A stretch of DNA of 64,000 bases. Source: an uncultured delta proteobacterium (GTDB taxonomy: Bacteria; Desulfobacterota; Syntrophia; Syntrophales; Smithellaceae). Under the pieces are notes generated by a model. That model saw only the letters and a program-made list of their open reading frames with translations, had not been told where the DNA came from and made no database searches. A program made the translations under genes and the position numbers. The stretch spans positions 2,328,758-2,392,757 of the forward strand of contig CAWEQT010000001.1 in NCBI GenBank assembly GCA_963811325.1, written 5' to 3'. This document shows, piece by piece, positions 1 through 7,089 of the stretch (position 1 is the stretch's first letter; every line of letters starts with the position of its first letter).

Positions 1-150
1 CCCCTTGTCAATTAATTCAAACATAATAAAACATTCTTCTGAGAAGCGGGCAATATTCAATGATGCGGCTGCTAACAATGGATTCGTGCCTTCAGCCCAT
101 TTTCTGAAGTGTTTCATTTTTTGATCTTTATCGATAAAAACCATGTTCAT
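1..150 (-). CDS. 5' part of an unidentified CDS running off the left edge
   Basis: Minus-strand open frame from ATG (148-150; second ATG 142-144) to position 1 (MNMVFIDKDQKMKHFRKWAEGTNPLLAAAS...). AGGTG (complement of 154-158) lies just upstream. Only 50 codons are visible and no family is recognisable. Confidence 0.3.
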   Translation of the reverse strand, partial: MNMVFIDKDQKMKHFRKWAEGTNPLLAAASLNIARFSEECFIMFELIDKG

Positions 151-445
151 GTCACCTGTAGAAAAAGTAACATAAAATCAATGTGTGTCAAGATTAAAAA
201 AGAAAGTCCGGTCAATGAATTTGACAACTGTTGACTTCACCTACTTAGTCTCAGTTTTTGCTGATAGGTAAAATTGAAAGTATCAGGTTGTAAGATGTAA
301 TGCATTTAAGCAAAAATAGTACGATATCCCCAATTTATAAAATGGTACAAATCTATGTAGCTTAAAAATTTGATAAACGATTCAATAGTGGAACACAATT
401 CAGATGAGAAAGAGCAAAAATAAGTTTACTAACGTTACGATCATT

Positions 446-2272
446 TTAGCCTTTCTTTTTACGTTTCAGAATAACCCCACCGATCTTGGTGTCCCGGGGA
501 TCGCCACCAATAGACGCCTCAATTTCATAGTTTTCAGCAACCTTTTGTATTATCAACTGACCGCTGCCTGGTTTTTCACCATAACTTCGTATGCCAAAAT
601 CACTTAACCCCACGCTGATTATCACAATCCTATCCGGTGGATGAAGTTCCAGGTCTTTTACAGTGTTTTCCTCGTGTTCTTTGGTAAAGCAATAGGGGAA
701 AATAGAAAATGTTGACAAAGGATTTTTCTGCCGTGCAAGATAATTTATCATTTCGCCAATGGGCAATACATCAAGTGTCTGACCAGGCGGATAACGTTTG
801 AGCCATTTGCTGATCTCGGATACAATTGTGCCCGTAGGATCTATGTTGGGTGGGAACGAGTAAAACATATCCACACCTTCTCCGACAATATATGTTTTTG
901 AATGCAAATTCTGTTGAGAATAAGTCACTAATTTTAAAACACCCGGTATCAATAATGCCAAACTGCACATGATAAACACGATACGTCCCCATTTCCCCGC
1001 GCCGAGTCGCCCAGGAAATTCACCGATTAATACTGCCGGCACAAGCAATCCAGCAAGTGCAGCCTGATAAAAGCCATATTGGAATATACGACCTTGTAAT
1101 AACATTCTACCCATCATTGCTGTTGCCAATAAAGCCAGCAATAACCGGGTAACTTGTATGTTGCTGCTTTTTACTTGGTTATTGCTCCGGATAACATCGG
1201 TTACACAAATGCTTGTGTAAATCAGCATGAGTCCCAAAAGGCAACGCCCCATTTGAGACCATTGAATTTTAAACCAAGACAGCCAAATCAAACAAACAAC
1301 CAACACCCCGATGAAAAGATACCTCAATCCCTTTCGAGGGCAATTGTCGGCAAGCCAGGCAAATCCACCGATCATCGTAATCAAAGCGCATGCCATCAAA
1401 GTTGCCCTGACATGGTTGATGAAGTTCTTCCATGGCTCATCGAGTCCCATAAAATTTAGGAAAAACCCACTATTTGTAATAACATCTGAAACTGCAAAAA
1501 TATTTATCCATGCGTGGCAAGCGACCATTATGGCTTCTTTCCATGGAAAAAACACCGCGAAATATAGTATAAATATCGATGTTGGAATAATAGCTCCTGC
1601 CGACCACGCAACGATGGTCTGACAATTCAACCGTTTCGAATTTCTGCATTGGATCATAATCGCAGCCACAGTAACAACTCCAGCCGCCATAAGGATTTCC
1701 AACTTCAGCAGAGCGGAGAGACCAAGTAGAAATCCTGCCAAGAAACTACTGAAGGGCGTCATTTCTTTAACCCATTTTATTAGTACGAAAACTAACAAAA
1801 GGCATACCAAGAATCCATGTGTTGCTTCATGAGAATAGGGGGTGGCAAAGTTATAATTGCCGACGCCAATGAATTGAGAAAAACCGAATACCGCAATAAA
1901 GCTTGCAGTTGCCACCACCGCAGCTCCCGGCCCCCATGCGCGGCGGCAAAGTATATAAATGACTAATGTGATTGCGCCAAATATCAAAAGGTTAGCCATC
2001 ACTAAAATCATAAGTCCCTGACCAAACAGCGAAAAGACACCCGCATTAATATATTGCGAAAGGGGGCCATAAAAGTTGATCATATGACCACTAGTAAGCA
2101 CTTCTCCCTGCGCCAATCGCCATGGAATATATAGTTGATAGCCGAAATCAACCAATGTATCAGGCCAACGGCGCCATGATGTTACCAGAAAAAATACGGT
2201 GACTCCCACTAACGATACAAGTCCAAGCAATTCCCATTGCCTAGAGCGATTCAATTTAATTTTATCATTCAC
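446..2272 (-). CDS. polytopic membrane protein, GT-C-fold (ArnT/PMT-like) glycosyltransferase candidate
   Basis: 608-aa ORF with a dozen or more hydrophobic spans over the first ~450 aa, then a soluble ~150-aa C-terminal domain. Family assignment is from architecture only. Confidence 0.6.
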   Translation of the reverse strand: MNDKIKLNRSRQWELLGLVSLVGVTVFFLVTSWRRWPDTLVDFGYQLYIPWRLAQGEVLTSGHMINFYGPLSQYINAGVFSLFGQGLMILVMANLLIFGAITLVIYILCRRAWGPGAAVVATASFIAVFGFSQFIGVGNYNFATPYSHEATHGFLVCLLLVFVLIKWVKEMTPFSSFLAGFLLGLSALLKLEILMAAGVVTVAAIMIQCRNSKRLNCQTIVAWSAGAIIPTSIFILYFAVFFPWKEAIMVACHAWINIFAVSDVITNSGFFLNFMGLDEPWKNFINHVRATLMACALITMIGGFAWLADNCPRKGLRYLFIGVLVVCLIWLSWFKIQWSQMGRCLLGLMLIYTSICVTDVIRSNNQVKSSNIQVTRLLLALLATAMMGRMLLQGRIFQYGFYQAALAGLLVPAVLIGEFPGRLGAGKWGRIVFIMCSLALLIPGVLKLVTYSQQNLHSKTYIVGEGVDMFYSFPPNIDPTGTIVSEISKWLKRYPPGQTLDVLPIGEMINYLARQKNPLSTFSIFPYCFTKEHEENTVKDLELHPPDRIVIISVGLSDFGIRSYGEKPGSGQLIIQKVAENYEIEASIGGDPRDTKIGGVILKRKKKG

Positions 2273-2464
2273 GGTTTGAGTTGAATCTCCTAATTTTTCT
2301 ATTAAATTTTATGATTGGATTTGATAATTATATACCTCACAAGAAAAAAATTATCCATCCCTTGAAAGTGGGATTTGGGGGTAACTATTTCCATCTGAAA
2401 GAAAGTATTTTCGTTGAGGTTGGCTATTTGTTTGTTTCAGGAAGGAGGAAACGGCATGTTCAAA

Positions 2465-2485
2465 GGAGTGTCCCTAGGAGTGTCC
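2465..2485 (+). repeat. tandem direct repeat GGAGTGTCC-cta-GGAGTGTCC (copy 1 of a recurring motif)
   Basis: Read directly. The same two-unit motif recurs at 2689-2710 and 5005-5025. Confidence 0.6.
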
Positions 2486-2617
2486 TTTTCATTGAAACTG
2501 AGTGCAAATGGATGCGCACCATTACAAATGGGGACATGCAGACTTTAATAAAATCAAATAATTGTAATAAAACAGGTGACTTAGACATCTTTCAGGTTCT
2601 CCTCTCACGCCGGAAAC

Positions 2618-2645
2618 CGGGGTTCAACTCCCCGTGGGACTACCA
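2618..2645 (+). other. orphan tRNA 3' fragment (T-arm + 3' acceptor strand + discriminator + CCA)
   Basis: CGGGG-TTCAACT-CCCCG (5-bp stem, 7-nt T-loop fitting TTCRANY), then TGGGACT-A-CCA. No complementary 5' acceptor strand (AGTCCCA or wobble variants) within about 350 nt upstream or 100 nt downstream. Confidence 0.55.
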
Positions 2646-2688
2646 AATAAATCAATTATTTACAAATTCAGGCATTCTCAAAACTCAT

Positions 2689-2710
2689 GGGTGTGCCTCT
2701 AGGTGTGTCT
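2689..2710 (+). repeat. tandem direct repeat GGGTGTGCC-tct-AGGTGTGTC (copy 2 of the motif)
   Basis: Read directly. 12-nt unit spacing, as in copy 1. Confidence 0.6.
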
Positions 2711-2925
2711 TTTCCCCTAATCTGGTATTAATAAGCCGTTATTGTTAAGTTTTAATAAATTAGTTTTCTTAATGAAACTCCATAGAATAATCTTTTTTAT
2801 TCGTACAGTGGCTCCATTTTTCATGCGTCAATCCAAAATTGAATAAAAACCTTGAATTTATTTTGTTGTAAATATTAGCACAACTTCGGATTGATACTTA
2901 TTCGGAAGATAGTAAATCTGAAATA

Positions 2926-4824
2926 TCAATGGCAAAATCCTCTGACTTTAGCACCTTCTAATATTCTGCAATTTCCTAATTCACACCCTTTTTGCGCATC
3001 ATAACAACCAAACTCTTTCTTGCCCTGATTTAAATAAACAAAACCCCTGTTGTTGTAAGCATCGGCATTATCCGGCTTCAGCCGGATGGCCTCGTTATAG
3101 TTTTCGATGGCTCGCTGATACTGACCGAGTTTAACGTAATCGGTTCCCCTGTTGTTGTAGGCATCGGCATAATTCGGTTTAAGGGTGATGGCCTTATTGT
3201 AGTCATTGATTGCTAGTTGATACCGACCCTTTATGCCGTAAGCCATCCCCCTGTTGTAATAGGCACCGGCATAATTCGGTTTAAGGCGTATGGCTTCATT
3301 GAAGTCATCGATGGCTCGTTGGTGCTGGCCAAGGGCAAAGTAAGCGATTCCTCTGTTGTTGTAGGCATAGGCATAATTCGGTTTAAGGCGTATGGCGTTA
3401 TTGAAGTCATCGATGGCTCGTTGGTGCTGGCCAAGGATAAAGTAAGCAGTTCCCCTGTTGTTGTAGGCATAGGCATAATTCGGTTTAAGGCGTATGGCTT
3501 CATTGTAATGATAAATAGCCTCACTTTTTTTGCCTTCCTTAGCCATTGCAAGATTATTATGGGCCAGATAGTTATCCTTTGTTACACACAAAGCGTGGCT
3601 GAAGAGAGTGCTACTGTTTTTCCAATAACCGCATTGTTGCCAGGTTAAAACTGCCATGATGGTTACAGCGACTATTGAGACCGGGAATAAAATCTTTCTG
3701 CATATGTTTTCACTCTTGCTCAAAGACGGAATGCCCCAGGCCAGCATAACAGCAATGCCTATAGAAGGCAGATAATCGTAGCGGTCGGCCATCGCGAAGT
3801 TTCCTATCTGAATAATCCCGATAACCGGCAGAAGAGTTATTGCATACCATAGCCATCCCACAAAGAGATACGGCAACCGTTTCACCATCATGATGACAAC
3901 AGCACTGATAACGAGAATCAAAAAAGTGGTTCCCAGAACTTGCCATAGCGGAATTTGCTCGGGAAAAAGATAAAAAATAGCCAGATCATGAGGCCAGAAT
4001 GTTTTCTCCAGATAAGTTACAAAAGCAACGGGGGCGTTGGTAAGCCGGGAAGTCAGAGAAAAGGAAAAACGTTCCATGGACGGATGATACTGATTGTACT
4101 GAGTATAAATCGTAATTACAGAAAAGACTGCTGATAGAATAAAAAAAGGTGTTTTTTCCTTCAACTGCCATAATACCCAATTGACTTTCCTAGATTCAAA
4201 ATGTCCTAGCGGCCAGTAATCCAGAAGTATCATGACTACAGGCAAGGTGACAACCATGGGTTTGCTCATAAGCGCACAGACAAAGCATAAAAGAACAACC
4301 AGATATCTTTTTATAACCGGTTTTTCCGTGTAATAGACATACAAACAAAGAGTAAGCATACAGAAAAACGCGCTTAAAACATCTTTGCGTTCAGATATCC
4401 AGACAACCGATTCCACATGAAGCGGATGAAGCGCGAAAAATGCCGCAACAAAGGCGCTTTTCCAAATATCTCCGGTCATGCGGTTAAAAAGCCAGAACAG
4501 TAGCAGAGTGCTCAATATGTGCAGGATAAGGTTTGTTAGATGATAGCCACCGGCATTCAGGCCATGAAGTTGATAATCGAACATCAATGACAGCCATGTC
4601 AAAGGATGCCAGAATTCAGCATAAGTGGAACTAAATGCCCAGCAAAATCCGTCCGGTGTGATTCCGGACTGAATATTACTGTTTTCTATAACGTAAACGG
4701 GATCATCAGCATTGACGAAGTCATATTGATTAACCTGCCAAAAAACAGCAAGTGTAACAATAGCTAAAACCAAATATATGATTAGTATTTGTTTCTTAGG
4801 ACTTATATTTATCTTATTTAACAT
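2926..4824 (-). CDS. membrane protein with PMT_2/TMTC-like N-terminal domain and C-terminal TPR array
   Basis: 632-aa ORF. Multi-pass N-terminal domain with FVNADDPVYVIENSN near the first loop, as in bacterial TMTC/DUF1736-type TPR proteins. About six 34-aa TPR units (AIRLKPNYAxAYNNRG...), then a Cys-rich tail. Confidence 0.75.
   Translation of the reverse strand: MLNKINISPKKQILIIYLVLAIVTLAVFWQVNQYDFVNADDPVYVIENSNIQSGITPDGFCWAFSSTYAEFWHPLTWLSLMFDYQLHGLNAGGYHLTNLILHILSTLLLFWLFNRMTGDIWKSAFVAAFFALHPLHVESVVWISERKDVLSAFFCMLTLCLYVYYTEKPVIKRYLVVLLCFVCALMSKPMVVTLPVVMILLDYWPLGHFESRKVNWVLWQLKEKTPFFILSAVFSVITIYTQYNQYHPSMERFSFSLTSRLTNAPVAFVTYLEKTFWPHDLAIFYLFPEQIPLWQVLGTTFLILVISAVVIMMVKRLPYLFVGWLWYAITLLPVIGIIQIGNFAMADRYDYLPSIGIAVMLAWGIPSLSKSENICRKILFPVSIVAVTIMAVLTWQQCGYWKNSSTLFSHALCVTKDNYLAHNNLAMAKEGKKSEAIYHYNEAIRLKPNYAYAYNNRGTAYFILGQHQRAIDDFNNAIRLKPNYAYAYNNRGIAYFALGQHQRAIDDFNEAIRLKPNYAGAYYNRGMAYGIKGRYQLAINDYNKAITLKPNYADAYNNRGTDYVKLGQYQRAIENYNEAIRLKPDNADAYNNRGFVYLNQGKKEFGCYDAQKGCELGNCRILEGAKVRGFCH
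3065..3505 (-). repeat. 102-bp periodic coding repeats (TPR units); units 3269-3370 and 3371-3472 nearly identical
   Basis: GCATAATTCGG-type unit starts at 3065, 3167, 3269, 3371 and 3473 (exact 102-nt phase). The two central units differ at only a handful of positions. Confidence 0.9.
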
Positions 4825-5004
4825 AACGAGTTTAGTGTCCTTTAATTATGCAAATTAACACCTCACAAAAACAGACACATAATTTTTTATTCTCTGTATC
4901 CTAATATACAAGAAAAATTAAATCAATGATAACGGATTGAAGTCTAGCATGTTTGCGGGGTGTGACAATTTGAGGAAGAAATAATTGTAAAGAATGTTCA
5001 AAAA

Positions 5005-5025
5005 AGGTGTATCCCAGGTGTGTCC
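5005..5025 (+). repeat. tandem direct repeat AGGTGTATC-cc-AGGTGTGTCC (copy 3 of the motif, 11-nt spacing)
   Basis: Read directly. Located in the intergenic region upstream of the TPR-membrane gene and of the DUF1566 gene. Confidence 0.55.
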
Positions 5026-5283
5026 TTATGAATGTTTTATCTTATATAGTGTCATAGGGGGCGTGGGATGATCTGACCTAGCCACCTCTAATTTTTATAA
5101 GAAACCTATTATTGTCCTATATGTAAAGGGTAACAAAAAATTGATAACTTCTTGAAAGTCTTATTTTCCCATTTTTCTATTTTATGTTATATTAAAATTG
5201 ATAATGGTTGAAATAATATGGCACCATCGGAAAACAAACAACTCACAAAAAAATAAGGCGACTTAAGTCATAAGGAACAGACA

Positions 5284-5730
5284 ATGAAAAAGTTATCAGG
5301 AACAATGGCAGCAATAATGGTAGTCGCTATTTTAGCAGGAGCTTTTATTACAACAGCAGTGTATGCCGGAGCAAAAGAGAAGGCGAGAGACGGTCGTTTC
5401 ATCGCCTATGACAACGGAACGGTATTGGACACTAAGACGAATTTAATGTGGGCGGCAAAGGACAATGGAAAAGATATTAACTGGAGCGACGCCAAGAGTT
5501 ACTGTGAGAACTATCGCGGGGGCGGCTATACAGACTGGAGGATGCCAACGCCGGATGAACTGGCGGAGTTGTATGATAGTAGCAAATCGCGGACAGGAGC
5601 ATGTAATACGAGCTATAATATTCATGTTGCCACGGAATTAATTGATATTACCTGTTTCGCTCCCTGGACTTCAGAAACGCGCAGTTCCGAGGCTGCCATC
5701 TTCGGATTCAGCCGTGGCTATCGGAGCTGA
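5284..5730 (+). CDS. DUF1566 (Lcl C-terminal domain) protein with N-terminal signal/anchor
   Basis: LMWAAKDNG..INWSDAKSYCENYRGGGYTDWRMPTPDELAELY matches the DUF1566 signature as I recall it. AAGGA lies 7 nt upstream of the ATG. Confidence 0.7.
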   Translation: MKKLSGTMAAIMVVAILAGAFITTAVYAGAKEKARDGRFIAYDNGTVLDTKTNLMWAAKDNGKDINWSDAKSYCENYRGGGYTDWRMPTPDELAELYDSSKSRTGACNTSYNIHVATELIDITCFAPWTSETRSSEAAIFGFSRGYRS

Positions 5731-6075
5731 ATTCGCCAGTCCTTTACCAACTACTTCACCCGGACTTTGCCGGTGCGTTCTGGCAAATAGATAATTTGGT
5801 CATTTCTTTTGGAGTACAGGGCGAAGACCTGTTCGTCACAAAAAAGGAGTTTCCATGAGTCGATTCATCCTTTCACATCTTTCTGCTTGAAAAAAGGTTT
5901 TTTCTGCACCTTTCCTTTATCAATCTACAATAATGTGTGTCACAGCAAGTTATTGATAAGCGAGCTGGTCTGTATATTTTTTGAAGTATCCATTAAACTG
6001 GGGTAGGTTCAGTGTGTCCGCTATGTCTGCCTGATCCATAACTACCCATAAATTATATTTAGTTGTTAGAGTTTC

Positions 6076-6639
6076 TTAATTAATTGCTTTGATGAATCCC
6101 TCATCTTTTATAAGCTCTTCTATATTCAATTTGATCATTTCATTTAATGCACTATTAACGTTCACAAGCTTGGATGCTTTGCGTTGCGTGGTCTTTGTCG
6201 ATGCATATACAGCATCACCTGTCTGCAAATCTTTTACAAGATAGTTAACCTTCAAAGTCCAGTTTACATCGTAGCTCAAATCATCAATTAGAAGGTCTTC
6301 GATCTCACCACTGAGGACTCTGGTTTTGTCATCGAGCTCTACACCTGAAAAACGCAACTCCGCGGCAACTGAATCTCTGAAAAAGATATTGATGTTTTTG
6401 TCAAATTTCAGGTTGCCCAACGCAGTATTGCGAATCTGAAAAGGTTTTACTTTACCGGTTTCTGCTGGAAGATACTTGAAGCTGGATACTGATACGCTTC
6501 CAGAAACTTTGTTGGCAGAACTTGGCAGGTAACTCAATGGAATCCTTGCACAACCATCCACAAAGAACATGGCGACTCTGAGTAAAAGCAGCATTGCCGT
6601 CAGGGAGAGAACTCTTCTTGAACCAGCCAGTTTCTGCAT
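6076..6639 (-). CDS. putative lipoprotein (YajG-like size and layout, weak)
   Basis: 187 aa. Hydrophobic signal ending ...FFVDGC. No catalytic motifs. Confidence 0.55.
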   Translation of the reverse strand: MQKLAGSRRVLSLTAMLLLLRVAMFFVDGCARIPLSYLPSSANKVSGSVSVSSFKYLPAETGKVKPFQIRNTALGNLKFDKNINIFFRDSVAAELRFSGVELDDKTRVLSGEIEDLLIDDLSYDVNWTLKVNYLVKDLQTGDAVYASTKTTQRKASKLVNVNSALNEMIKLNIEELIKDEGFIKAIN

Positions 6640-7006
6640 TAATAATTCTTCTTTCTATAGATGTTGTGTTGCTCTTATCATGCCCTAATAATCAGTTCAG
6701 TTGCGGATAAAAATTAATAAACTGCCATTGGGAATATATACCACACGTTAAGTTAGAATTCTATGGTATTGAGGGGGGCTGTATTGAGGGTTGAGGGTTC
6801 TTGAAAAAGATGTCTTGTTCATGTCATCAATACTACTTACGTTAAGATGGGAGAAGCAGAGTGTTGTGACCTTCCCAACCTATTTTTTATCATAACATAA
6901 ATTCAATGATCCAATCAACTTATCATGGTTTGGGAAGGCATGGAACACAATGTAGTCATGATTGAGAAACCCGGAAAGGAGTATTAGGTCTTCTATTTTA
7001 CGATCA

Positions 7007-7056
7007 ATCTAGCATGTCAATCTGTCATTGACATGCTAGATCATTATTTATATACT
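7007..7056 (+). promoter_or_regulatory. sigma70-type promoter TTGACA-17-TATACT overlapping a perfect 15-bp-arm palindrome (operator candidate)
   Basis: ATCTAGCATGTCAAT (7007-7021), ctgtc, ATTGACATGCTAGAT (7027-7041). The -35 TTGACA is at 7028-7033 and the -10 TATACT at 7051-7056, 34 nt before the ATG at 7090. Confidence 0.55.
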
Positions 7057-7089
7057 CTTAGTTGAAATTGTTGGTATTTTATAAAACTT

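Noticed and set aside
2590-2720. tmRNA (standard or permuted two-piece) as an explanation for the T-arm/CCA fragment.
   Set aside because: No 5' acceptor strand complementary to TGGGACT lies either about 350 nt upstream or downstream. There is no G:U at position 3, no tag-peptide reading frame, and the acceptor end is unlike the usual ...CUCCACCA.
2281-2748. Track ORF of 155 aa on the plus strand in the long intergenic region.
   Set aside because: It reads through the tRNA-like fragment and both GGWGTGTCC motifs, has no SD and is low-complexity. A 30-codon ORF at 2455-2547 with a GGAGGA SD (MFKGVSLGVSF...) was also noticed, but there is no support beyond the SD.
3065-3505. Regular repeat arrays (102-nt units here; 159/162-nt units at 46467-46787) as possible CRISPR arrays.
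   Set aside because: The units are contiguous with no unique spacers, they lie in frame inside long ORFs, and they encode TPR units or propeller blades.
3217-3648. Overlapping ORFs 3217..3648 (+) and 3231..3551 (-) inside the TPR gene.
   Set aside because: These are shadow ORFs produced by the 102-nt periodic TPR repeats. The 632-aa frame has clear TPR and membrane-domain signatures.
6767-6800. G-rich direct repeats TATTGAGGGGGG-ctg-TATTGAGGG-TTGAGGG (possible G-quadruplex or regulatory repeat).
   Set aside because: There are only three clear G tracts and no recurrence elsewhere in the window, so I cannot distinguish it from chance.
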